A stretch of DNA of 63,966 bases, filler included, from Rhabdomonas costata (taxonomy: Eukaryota), in the NCBI GenBank assembly GCA_019059605.1. It is 50 parts of 50 records of this genome, joined end to end, with 100 filler letters (N's around TTAATTAATTAA, not from the genome) between each part and the next. Parts side by side here need not be neighbours in the genome. Positions count along the whole stretch, not along the records: positions 23,077 to 24,258 come from JAHMHO010024705.1; positions 24,359 to 25,540 come from JAHMHO010024706.1; positions 25,641 to 26,822 come from JAHMHO010024707.1; positions 26,923 to 28,103 come from JAHMHO010024708.1; positions 28,204 to 29,385 come from JAHMHO010024709.1; positions 29,486 to 30,666 come from JAHMHO010024710.1; positions 30,767 to 31,947 come from JAHMHO010024711.1; positions 32,048 to 33,228 come from JAHMHO010024712.1; 42 more parts are not named here. One strand, given 5' to 3'. The stretch's first letter is position 1; the number at the start of each line of letters is the position of its first letter. The position numbers and the translations under genes are program-made. The notes under the pieces are model-generated. The model made no database searches. It saw nothing but the letters and a program-made list of their open reading frames with translations, and was not told where the DNA came from. Shown here piece by piece: positions 23,252 through 34,502 of the stretch.

Positions 23252-25090
23252 TCCCCCTCCCATTCTACCCCTTCCCATTCTGCTCGATCCCCATTGCTCC
23301 CCACGTGCCACCAATCTCCGTGTCGTGTGTGCGTCTCTCGTTATGGCTTTGTCCACTGCGCTGCACCTGAAGTTTATGTTCAACGATTTTATTGCTTTGT
23401 TTGCGTTGTGTTGTGCAGGTGTGTGTTCGGTTGCGTTTTTGTGGGCCTGGACGTACGCTGCGCGGTTTTGTTTTTGAGGAGAGGTGGGGAGAAAACACGG
23501 TGTGCGTTGGAGGGGGTATCTCCTTTCAGCTTGTTTCTGTCGGTATCCTCGCGCAGCTGCCATTTTGTGGTCGTCTTGTGCCCCCCCCCCTCATCTGACT
23601 CCTCCCCAAATCACGGCCTTCAAAAGTGTTGCTTTCTCGCAGCTCTCCGCTTTGACCCTGTCATCCCCCCGCAAAGAGGGTGAGCAAGAGGTGGTTCCAC
23701 CAGCCCAACCCCCATTCCCCAACCGTTGAGTGGTGAGCACTGTAAGCCCTAACTTTGCAGCGTGGTGCGGGGTACCTGCTCGGGATTGGGATTGGGTTGC
23801 CGGAGGTCTCCGGAGGCTTCGTATCGCCCCTATTTCACACTCCTGAATTGGTCTCTCTCAACACCGCGTGATTGCTGTGACAGTGACTGCACCATCATGT
23901 CTCGATCGAAAAGCCTGCCTTCCTCATCATCCATACTTGCAGCGCCGCAGGTGCAGCCACTACAGCAACCTTAACGATGAAAATGGAGAGAATGTGGTTG
24001 GTGCTGTAGCAGTGGAATGTTCACCCACCTGCTGCCACCACCTACGAAGTGCCTCCCCAGGAGAAGATTTGTGTTTATGCCAGGAAATCTACTTCGGGAA
24101 ACAGGCACAACCGTCCCTAAGTCAAAGAATAAAGCCAGGAAATCTACTTCGGCGCCCCAAGGAACGTACGTCGAACTCGCTGTCACCAGCATCCCGAAAC
24201 ATAGAAAAATGGAGCACGACCTGCCTATCAATGCACAATTCTGGTCCGACCAAAAACCNNNNNNNNNNNNNNNNNNNNNNNNNNNNNNNNNNNNNNNNNN
24301 NNTTAATTAATTAANNNNNNNNNNNNNNNNNNNNNNNNNNNNNNNNNNNNNNNNNNNNGGTTTGGGTGGTCCTGTACTTCCGCTGGACGCCACCTCCTCT
24401 TCGTCAATCCAACCTACTGGCAGGTCATATTCCTTCAGCTGCTCGATCCACTGCCTAACCTTTGGCGGAATCTTCGCTGGTTCTGGAACTGGGGGTTCTG
24501 GGTTAGCATGTCCCCGCCTCATCTACACTGCAAAATCTCCCAATTGGTCTAACTCCTCAACTTCTTCTCTATGGAGCTTCCTCATCATCATCGTCTCCTC
24601 CAATTTCCAATTCGACGGGTCTGGGCGGTATAGGAAGAACCTCTCCCACTGCTCCTCTCCAGTCCCTCGGCTCGTCCTTCAGCTCGTCTGGCACCCACTC
24701 TGGGTCTTCTTTGTCAAACATCACATATCGGCCACTTTTTCGACCATAATCACTTCCAGGAATAGAACTCTCCGTCCCGTCCTTGTGTACTCCCCACAAA
24801 ACTGGCCTTTTTGAAAACATTGTCCTTTCTGAACCCGCTTTTGGTTCGTCTTCAGATTCTCGGCTACTTCTTGACAATGACCTCGGCGACCATTCAGAAA
24901 CTCCTGACGTTCGATCTGACTGATTGGACCTCTCCTCAAGATGCTATAACTTTGTGGTGTCAAGTTGCGGTTCTCTGGGAAGGAACTCTCTGCCCTCCGC
25001 TGCTTCTGTGTCCACTCGTGGAAACTCTTCCTCATCCGCTAGCACGGGTCCTCCTGTGGATGGCTCATAACCACCTCCTTCGGGTTCCCC

Positions 25091-25533
25091 TCATCCTCCT
25101 TCATCTACACCACTGTCATCCTCCTCAGGAAGCATCCCAACTGGATCCAACACTCTCGTTTCGTAGGGAATCAAGTCGCTTGCATGAAAAACAGGATGAG
25201 CTCTTCCACGAATTTCTTTTGGAATGTCCAGCACGAAGGTGTTCTTCGTGATCAGCTTGACAATAGGAAGGGTCCCACCGCCTTCGGCATCAGAGGTCCC
25301 TTTGGGACTCCAAACTTCCACTGATAATGTCTCCTTCGACTGATTAGAACATCTTGTCCCACACAGAACTTGTAGTTTGCTCTCTTCCGATTCGCATACT
25401 GCTTGGCCATCTCCTGTTCTTGTTTAAACGCTTCGTGAACTGCCTTCAACTCTGACTTCATTCTGCGAATCGTAACACGCACTGCCTCGGTCTTAGCTCC
25501 ACAAGCTGGCTCCTCAGTCTCTGGAAAATCCAC
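25091..25533 (-). mobile_element. Ty3/Gypsy LTR-retrotransposon integrase C-terminal (GPY/F) module, frameshifted
   Basis: MAKQYANRKRANYKFCVGQDVLI...LMPKAVGPF, then a 1-nt frameshift near 25267, then IVKLITKNTFVLDIP...HPVFHASDLIPY. Confidence 0.85.
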
Positions 25534-26170
25534 CCCACACNNNNNNNNNNNNNNNNNNNNNNNNNNNNNNNNNNNNNNNNNNNNTTAATTAATTAANNNN
25601 NNNNNNNNNNNNNNNNNNNNNNNNNNNNNNNNNNNNNNNNTTTTGTGGGTAGACTCGTGGGAACTAGAACTCAAGGAAATGCAGATTCGACAGGAAAGAA
25701 TGTTCCTGGGGAATTACGAAAACCCTTCACAGTTGGGGGAGTGCTGAATAATTAAACCAGGGGGAGAAGTAGCCCGAGCGAAATTCCGAGGCTATCACTT
25801 CGCAATGACACGCCCCTGTGCTGCCTTGGTGCAGCTGGAGACGGACATCGTAGCGATCAGTCTCGCCCTGAATGGAAGTCTTCGCCACCGAAGCGGCGGC
25901 AAGGCGAGTACACGCGGCATGCAGAAAAAATGAGGAGTGCAAGGTCGGATCCCGCAGCCAAAAGCGAGAAGGAGGGACGGACGGGATGTAGGGCGGAAAG
26001 GAGGAGGAGGAAGAGGAGGGAGAGCGACACATTCCCGGAAGAGAATGGTATCCCAAGACGAGCGAGCATTTGGGGCATTAGGAGCTTTGCCATCGTAGCT
26101 GGTTTCGGATCCCGGCACGAGTTTACAGCATTTTGATGTTATTGGGGAGGGAGGGTTGTGGGGTGCTCAG

Positions 26171-26776
26171 GACGGTCTCTGACGGGTCAGGCCCGAGCAG
26201 CTCTGGGGTTGGGCGCGACGAACGTCTTCCGCTTGCCTGCGACTCCCAAGGATAGCGGGAAGGGCTTCTCGCTGGCCCAGAAAATGGTGGGCAAGGCTTG
26301 CGGTACGCTATTCGTTGTCAGCATTTTTTTTCGGACACCTATTCCGGGAAATGCTCAGTTCCCTCGAGTGGCGTGATGCGCCCGCTACTTGGAGCTTTTT
26401 TATATGCGTTTTACTCTCGGAAGCTTTAGCTTGTGAGTGCACCATACCCATTTTTGTAATTTAGAAATCCCTGGTCAGCACCATGAAATACCTTCCCCAC
26501 TCACCGTTGAGGCTTGCAATTTTTTCTTTTGCCTGTGCAGGGCTTCCTGGGGTGGTGCCGAACATGTACTGCGAGCCCAAGGTCACCACCGTGGGGAGCC
26601 AGGATACCACAGGTGTGCGACCCTCCCGTGGTTCACTTTGACATCTTTAGGATAATACCTAACAGGTGTTCTGCTTTTTGCCTGCTGGCTGCATCGTGCC
26701 CGTGCTCTTTCCTCAGGTCCCATGACTCGTGATGAGCTCAAGGATTTGGCTTGCCTCGGATTCTCGGCGGATCTCG
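26171..26776 (+). CDS. acnB: Aconitate hydratase B (bacterial-type AcnB), three exons (26171-26302, 26541-26612, 26717-~26776)
   Basis: Spliced translation [14 protein letters not shown]...[59 protein letters not shown] matches the AcnB signature. Two GT-AG phase-1 introns. Confidence 0.95.
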
Positions 26777-26814
26777 AGTCATGGGACCTGAGGAAAGAGC
26801 ACGGGCACGATGCA
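26690..26814. repeat. Perfect 40-bp inverted repeat (26690-26729 and 26775-26814), a fold-back chimera at the contig end
   Basis: The second arm is the exact reverse complement of the first and replaces the expected continuation of the acnB exon. Confidence 0.9.
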
Positions 26815-28204
26815 CCCACCACNNNNNNNNNNNNNNNNNNNNNNNNNNNNNNNNNNNNNNNNNNNNTTAATTAATTAANNNNNNNNNNNNNNNNNNNNNN
26901 NNNNNNNNNNNNNNNNNNNNNNGTGTGGTGTGTTTGGGGGTTTTTGTTTCTGTGCCTGTGGTCCCCTTGATAAGGGATTCACTCCTTTTCCCCCTCCAAT
27001 TTCAGTGCTGTGGATGTGCTGTGGTGGTGGTGGTACTGGTAGCAGTGGCTTCTCTGTAGCTGAGCTTGTTCCCATGTGCAATGTGCAGTGTTCCACAGAT
27101 TGCACCAAGAATGAGATGCACCACACTGTGCAGGGAGAATCCATCCAGTAGTGCACGCCTTGCACCGAAATGGGGCTCGCGTTTTTTTTTCATTTCCTGC
27201 AATTTGAAGTGTCTTTATGTAGTGGTTTGATACAAGAACAGGTCAGAAAAACCGTCCTTTCGCTTCCTGTTTAGAAGATATCAGTAAGGTGCCTCGACGC
27301 CTCTTGGGCAAGAGAGTCCATCATCTTCACATGGGCGTCATTGCTGGGGGCTGGCAGTCTCCCACATCTCTTAGTAGAGCTGGTGCATCTTTCGATGAGG
27401 AAGAATGTTCTTGCCGTTGTTGGGGATGAATGTGTGCAGACGGGACTGGTGGAGCCACCCCTCGTGGTGAGAAAGGGGAATTGCACTTTTACGATCATTA
27501 AGACTGGTCTTCTGTGCAGACGCTCAGAAGGCGAGTGAAGGGCTGCGTATTTACATCGTCTTTAGCGACTTAAGGATGGGCTCGGATGCAGAGCAGGGGA
27601 GCAAGAGAGCATATACCTACCTCAGAGGTGGCAAACGTATGTACTCGTTCCCTGCTGGGCACTAGGAATGTGGCCTCTCGGAAGCACCAGGTCACTTATG
27701 CTCGCAAGCACCGCTGGGCGGTTTATTTCTGTACCTTCCTTCTTCACCGAGTACGTCCTTGATATGGTGATGCTTCTGGCCTGGGGGTGGGGGGTCGGCA
27801 AAAGATTTTCGGCTTTTTTCTGATAGTTTTGTATTTTTCTGTTCGTTGGTTTCTTGTGTTTTGTTCTGATTCCACGAACCCCTCGTTGTGTGTGGAGGCG
27901 ATGGATGGATACCGAGTCACCTCCATGGAGTTGCATTCGCGCACGCCTTACCCCCAAAACTTTGTCTCCATCCGCGTGTGCAGCTTGGTCTTCTTCTTGG
28001 GGGCCCTCGTTTTGACAACGACGGGCATTGTGCTTGTGACGCGGGAGTACTCGGACCGCGCGCTGGAGGGTCTTATGCACACAACCAGCAGCACCCAACA
28101 CCCNNNNNNNNNNNNNNNNNNNNNNNNNNNNNNNNNNNNNNNNNNNNTTAATTAATTAANNNNNNNNNNNNNNNNNNNNNNNNNNNNNNNNNNNNNNNNN
28201 NNNC

Positions 28205-29385
28205 TTCTTCGAGACGTGTTTGCATGAGCTGCAGACTGCCTACCCCCACGAATACGCCGCCTGGGAGGCCTCTGTTCGGCCCGTCGTGGTTGCCACGGAA
28301 ATGGTCCCGCGTCTCCCTAACCAAGTTAGCTGTATAGTCTTGCGCAAGAAGGACTACCTGCTGTGGAGCAACACAGAGGCGGGTGACGACCCTGCAAACA
28401 AAAGCGTTCATGATGTTGTTCATTGCATCCCCACTTCCCCGCTGTACGAGGCGAGGTGTGAGGCCCGCATTTTTGACCTAAAAAATCAGGTGCCCTGGGA
28501 GCTGCGGCTGACCCACCTTTTTCTGAACGAGTTTGGGGTCGACCCTCGGAGGCACAACATCATTCGCGAGCACTCAGACAAAGCTGCTGCTCTGCCCAGC
28601 GTCAGCTTTCGCTCCCAGTTAGCCGACCCATCGGACACCTCTCTCATTGAGATCTCTGCGAAGCGTCTGGAGAAGCTCTGCTCCCCAGCAAGGCTGAAAG
28701 ACCATTGTCTGAAGTTAAAAGTGGACAGTTTGGAAGAGGTCTATGGCACCCAAAGGTTCGTAATCACCCGGGCGGAGGTCCTGGCTCTTGAGAAGCAGAT
28801 CAAGATCTTTACCGGTCGGGACCTGCCCGCGGAGTTCTTTCTGAAACTGATCAGCATCATTGCCCGCGACGATTTAGTACAGTACTACTCGGAGCACCGG
28901 GATGTGACGCTGGAGGCGATGGCCGGGGTGTGCGATCGGTGTGAGCTGGGGAAGCTCGTACTCCAGCTTCAGGAGGATAGCGGCATGCGCATCCAGTGCG
29001 GCTTCAGCACCGTGTCCGCCCTTGAGCGAACGGTGAAGCAGAGTCTTATGGAGCTAAGCACGCAGGTCTGCGTGGCGTGCCCTGGGTACCTCTTCGTGGA
29101 CAGGAACAGCCAGATCATCCAGAAAGCCTGCAAACCCATCCTCTTCCTGTCTGCTGCTGGGATCAACTTTGGCGTGGGGCCTTGTGCGGCTAGCGAGCGC
29201 AGCAAGTATTTCTATTCTGACAGTCGGAGGTTCATCCCTGGATGCCAGATTGATCTAAGAGAGAGGATCAAGCACCTATACGATGTGCTCTTTTCGGCCT
29301 GCCAGAGGTTCGGTATCACCCACCCCACCGCCATTGGAATTGGCATGGGGAACTACTTGGGCAATGCGGAGAAGTACAAAACCAC
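28205..29385 (+). CDS. Uninterrupted frame of about 390 codons spanning the contig; unknown protein, C-terminal part possibly macrodomain-like
   Basis: No stop across the contig and protein-like composition. It ends PILFLSAAGINF...LYDVLFSACQRFGITHPTAIGIGMGNYLG. Confidence 0.75.
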
Positions 29386-30985
29386 NNNNNNNNNNNNNNN
29401 NNNNNNNNNNNNNNNNNNNNNNNNNNNNNTTAATTAATTAANNNNNNNNNNNNNNNNNNNNNNNNNNNNNNNNNNNNNNNNNNNNGTTTGTGGGGTGGAG
29501 AAAGATTGAAAATAATTGGTTCTCTCAGATGCAACCTTGTACCTGGCCCCTGTTTTCCCGCTGTCCTGAAGAGTTTCGAAAATTGTCCGCTTTGGCAAGG
29601 ACCCCAAGGTTCTTTGTTCTTCCTAGTCCCCATAAAAGTCCGAAGCCCAAGTATTGACGGGGGGGAGTGAGTTTTGGAATTATGTCCATTTTAGGCCCCT
29701 TTTGTTTTTGTCGTCCATTGTACATGCGCATGCCATGGTTCGCGAATAGCGTTTTACGTGCCCAAAAGGGGCACACGCGTGAGAGGCCATTCTGCAGTTG
29801 CCATCTGTCCGCCCTCCCCGCTTCATACCCGAATGCCTGGAAAGGTTAAACTTTTATAACGGCGTGATCAAATTATCTAATCATCAAAAATAATTATTTC
29901 GGGTGCTGTTGAATCTCGGCCGATTCATCAAGATTTGAGTTACTTGCTTTTTATGTCCCAGATCACTTTCTCTGCTTGTGTGTGCTTGTTGTCATCACAG
30001 CTCTTTGTGGGGCACTTTTTCCGTGGGGGCAATGGCAATGGCTCAAGTTGTCCGGCTTTCCCCGCTGACAGTCGACGAGTTCCTCGCCAAGGACGCCCTC
30101 CGCTGTAAGTTCGGGGAATTCGGGGAATGGGATCTTCTTCGGACTTGGCGGCTGTTGTATTAGGGTGGGGGGCGTTAACCGTGTAACGCCGTTAAACGGT
30201 TAAAAATTTGAAACTTAGAAAATCGGCTTCAGTGGGGCAGTAGATGTAGTAAACGTAACCCACTTCGGAAACATAACACCGTCTACTGAGTACAGGCACA
30301 ATGAACTTAACCCCCGTGCTTGAAAAACTGCTTTTTGAACCACAAGAAACTTGTGTTTATTTTTTAAAGGGGGCTTCCTTTTTTTCTTTTTTTTTGAAAA
30401 CTGGCTTTGGGTCGTCACACCCCGGCCCTTAATCACTGCGAGCTTGGTCTCTGCCAAAGACCGGAAAGGGACAAGGTGGGAACCCGCCAAGTCGGTCTCT
30501 AATTCCGCTCGCTAATAGCAGACTCCCTGAAAGCACCAAAATGGCTGCGGAAAAGGGAAGGAACCGCGGTGGAACTCGAAGTAGATGCGAACACGTGGAA
30601 CAAACAAACAAGCAAACAAGCAGACAAACCAAAACCCCATCAATCAACCTGCGAACCCCCCCTCACNNNNNNNNNNNNNNNNNNNNNNNNNNNNNNNNNN
30701 NNNNNNNNNNTTAATTAATTAANNNNNNNNNNNNNNNNNNNNNNNNNNNNNNNNNNNNNNNNNNNNGTGGGTTGGTTATGGCGAGCATTGCTCGTATTAT
30801 TCCTGTTCTTTTCCCCCACAAGTTAAACCGCCCGGAAGGTTAAAAGTGTTTCATTTTGGAACAAGGTCACGAAAAGGCGGAAGACTTCCAGAAATACTCT
30901 CAATGTGCCAATTATGCCGATTGTGCCAAGTTTCCACCGTGATATCGAGGCGGAAACCAGCCCATGTTGATTACTTTGCGCTCAG

Positions 30986-31811
30986 GTGACCCTGTGGTGA
31001 TGTTTCGAGCCTCGGACTGTGCCCCCAGCAGCGGCAGTGACGGCCAGAACCCCGACGGGGTTTCCGGGGTCATCGAGAGCCTGGGCTCGAAGTTCCTCGT
31101 TATTGTCGTGGAAGAGTTTGACGAGGAGTGGGTGGACGCCCGGGTGCTACTCCAACGCAAGCCAGATGACGTGACCTACCGCAGGATCCGCCAAGCCCTC
31201 GGCCTAGCTGGTGCGGGCGGTCCCTCAGGGTTGCAATACAGCCTGCCTAAGTTTGACGGCTGCCCTGCGCGGAGGGTGGTGGAGATGGCGTTTGGGACGC
31301 TGCGTCCGGAGTCCTCCAGGTTTCTTTGGGCGCTTTCCATTTACCATCGTTTTTCTTGGAATATGTTTTCATGTTTCCCCCCGTTGTTTTCTTCTATTCG
31401 CGCACGCTAGCGTTTGTGGAAATTCGACAGCAATCACTCACACTTCAGAATGTTTGCCGTTTTTAGCTGTGACTCCCAGATGCCCTGCAAATCCAAAAGA
31501 ACTTTTCGACAACATGGCACTGATGCGTATGGTCTCCCAGTTTCTTTTTTGCGAGTACGAACTTGTACACTGTCCCGGTCACCCAAAGTTGCCCTTTGTC
31601 TGACGGTCGGTGCTGCGGTTTCTGCTTTTTTAGTAACTCAGTTTAGAAGCCCAGCTATCCTATTTCCTGTGGGCACGACCAGACAAGTGGAGGAGAGGGA
31701 GGTGACCTTCACCCGACCCACCTTGAACGACTCCCAGCGCAGGGCCGTGGTTCGGGCCCTCGCCGCAAAGGACTGCTTCTGCGTGCTGGGACCCCCGGGC
31801 AGCGGAAAGAG
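30986..31811 (+). CDS. SF1 (Upf1-like) helicase IGHMBP2/Hcs1-like, two exons (30986-31319, 31683-31811)
   Basis: GDPV...SGVI...DDVTYRRIRQAL...VVEMAFG|...LNDSQRRAVVRALAAKDCFCVLGPPGSGK contains the Q motif and Walker A. GT-AG phase-2 intron. Confidence 0.85.
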
Positions 31812-33578
31812 GTTTCTGCTGGCGTACACGCTTTCGCAAGTCAAGATTTCCTTTCTATTTAATAATCTTCCCCAAAAAGCTCATATAAACAAAGTGACTT
31901 TGTCCTTCGTCACCCTTCATCACCAACCACCCAAACACACCCACCACNNNNNNNNNNNNNNNNNNNNNNNNNNNNNNNNNNNNNNNNNNNNTTAATTAAT
32001 TAANNNNNNNNNNNNNNNNNNNNNNNNNNNNNNNNNNNNNNNNNNNNGGTGGGGGGTGCAGCCCGTCCATTCCACAGAGCCGTCAGATTGGACATCTGCG
32101 CCATCAGCACCGTGGTGAACCGGCACTCTGTAAACAGCAATGGCGTTGAATCTGCGATCTCAAGGCTTTACCGCGGCCACAACCACTCACCTTATGCACA
32201 CCGCATGGCGGATTTCTGCGGGCAGCACCGGCGCACCCTCTAACTGCCCAGCCTTATGCATGGCCCCTTACAGGACTGCGGACCCGAATTTGGGCTCACC
32301 GCTTCCCAAACGCCTGTGACGCGCGTTGGGAGCTTCCGGGGCTTACATTGGTATACGCCAAGTACCTGGCTTTGATTACACGGAGCCTCCTTTTGCGGAG
32401 TGGCGGGGTCCTTCGCGAATCCGGTTTTTCCTCGGTAACATGACGGTTGTTGTGCTTTATCTTCCTGCTGTGGTTGCGTGGCTACGAGGGTGCGAGGGCG
32501 CGCAAGCTTTGACTCAAAAACACAACCATCTTGGCAAATTGCCTGCGTGTTGGCTGCACTTCCACGTGGAGGGTGTGATTTAGACTGCCTAATGCCTGTG
32601 GTGTGCTTTGGCTTCTCCCCTTCTAACCAACACGTGCACTTCAGTGGGTGTGAGTGTGCCATTTGGCCTTTCAAAGCTTTCCTCTATTCCAGGTTTGTGC
32701 GAAGAAGCAACGTGGGCAAAACAACAGCCAACCAGTACGAATCAAGGCAAGGTCTTGCCAAACACCGCACGACTTACGATACACAGCTCCTCCGCCCAAA
32801 CCTTCACAAAAACTCTTGCGCAGCACCCCACAAACTCAACCCCTGCAACCAAAATCCCAAACAAATGCAATAAAGAAGATTTTAAACACAATACCCTTCA
32901 ACCCATTGCTTTACGCAATCATCAAACTCTTACTCCAACAAGTCATGTCAAAAAGCATCTAAAGTCCCTTTTAATTCTTCATTTTGATGTAGAAACTCAA
33001 CTTAATCTTCTTCAAAATCAGCGGCATTCTCGACCATCACCACATTGTCATCGGAATCCTTCAAACCGCTTGGAAATTCTTTGCTCCACCATGTTCTCCT
33101 TGTCGAACTCTTTCAAGATAGTTCTTTTACGAGTGCAAACTCCTCTGATTTCAACCTTCTGCTTGCGATTCGATTCTTTTCTCGCCGCGCCCAGTTTTCC
33201 ACTGATCCTCCGGCGCTCCAAACCCCCCNNNNNNNNNNNNNNNNNNNNNNNNNNNNNNNNNNNNNNNNNNNNTTAATTAATTAANNNNNNNNNNNNNNNN
33301 NNNNNNNNNNNNNNNNNNNNNNNNNNNNTTTTTGGTGTGGGAGTGGATCGAGTTCGACAACAGCCGGGCTGTTCTGGCTCGGTTCAGCCTAGTGATGGAC
33401 AACGGCCAGCAGGCGGTGATCCAGGACGCTGCCCGAAACATCCACCTTGTGCTGCAGGACGGCCTCGCAGGTGCCAGGACCCGGAGAGAAGGGAGTGGTC
33501 GCATTTTTTAGGAGCTTCCTCGGTTCCACACCTTGGTAGATGTACATGCGCGTTGTTCTCGTCTCTTCGCTTCTCTTC

Positions 33579-33680
33579 TACTGTACTGTACTGTACTGTA
33601 CTCTACTGTACTGTACTCTACTGTACTGTACTGTACTGTACTGTACTGTACTGTACTGTTCTGTACTCTACTCCACTGTA
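33579..33680. repeat. (CTGTA)n pentanucleotide microsatellite
   Basis: About 20 units, with CTCTA/CTGTT variants. Confidence 0.95.
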
Positions 33681-34319
33681 ATTTTTTTCCTCCGGGTAGG
33701 TAGAAGATATGTTCGTATACATTTTTTTTATGAATGAACTTGTAGGTTGCTTGAATTTTGTACTTGATTATATCCCATGAAAGCTAGGGAATGAAGTTAT
33801 GTAACGCCTTTGCTCTATTTTTTGTGGTGGTACGGAGGCAAGCCAGCTGTTTGTCTTTGCGGAGCCAGTCTCAGGGAGCTTGATCGCGGTGTTTACTGTG
33901 CTGGCTTTGGAACAGGAATTAACCATGACGGTGGCTCGCAGTACCAGCAGTTGTACAAGGGTGGCTGGGTGAATGAATACGACTGGTGCGCGCCTGTTTC
34001 TCCATGCATTTCACATTGAGCAGTGAAATCGACGCCTTATCGACAACCCTGGCAGGGTTGCTGTTCTCAAACTTCAGTATTTTCTCCCCCAATTAGCTAC
34101 TGGGACTTCGCGTAGCAGCAATTGGGTTTTATGAGGCGGTATGTATGTTTTGTGTTTGAATAGTGACGCGAAAATGAAGTGTGCTCATAAGGTGCCCTGG
34201 TATGGGGTTTCTTTCCACTGATGGCTTCATCACGACAGATTAATGAACCACGTCAAATAGATCGCCGCTAGTTATTTTGCTAAATTCCCACTCGAAAAAG
34301 CGATTTATTGGAGGCTTGC

Positions 34320-34502
34320 GGTGTTCTGTTGTCACACACCTCGCAGCACCATCCGCACCGTAACCACCGTAATATTGTGATTTATCTCTTTCGCAGCACG
34401 TGAGCTGTGGCTGCGGCTTTGCTGTCTGCGATGGAGATAAATCACAATATTACGGTGGTTACGGTGCGGATGGTGCTGCGAGGTGTGTGACAACAGAACA
34501 CC
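34320..34502. repeat. Perfect ~69-bp inverted repeat (34320-34388 and 34434-34502) at a contig end, probable fold-back chimera
   Basis: The arms are exact reverse complements and are followed directly by the A/C tail. Confidence 0.9.

Noticed and set aside
25838..25903. Candidate exon LETDIVAISLALNGSLRHRSGGK as an upstream acnB exon
   Set aside because: Similarity to the expected AcnB segment is too weak, and the intervening conserved DEVRAGGRIPLII peptide is not visible.
30032..30103. Exon MAMAQVVRLSPLTVDEFLAKDALR as the 5' end of the helicase on the next contig
   Set aside because: The resemblance is only faint and the contigs are unlinked.
34320..34502. Long hairpin as a miRNA precursor, MITE or structured intron
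   Set aside because: The arms are perfect and end exactly at the primer-like tail, the same pattern as the fold-back that visibly truncates the acnB exon.
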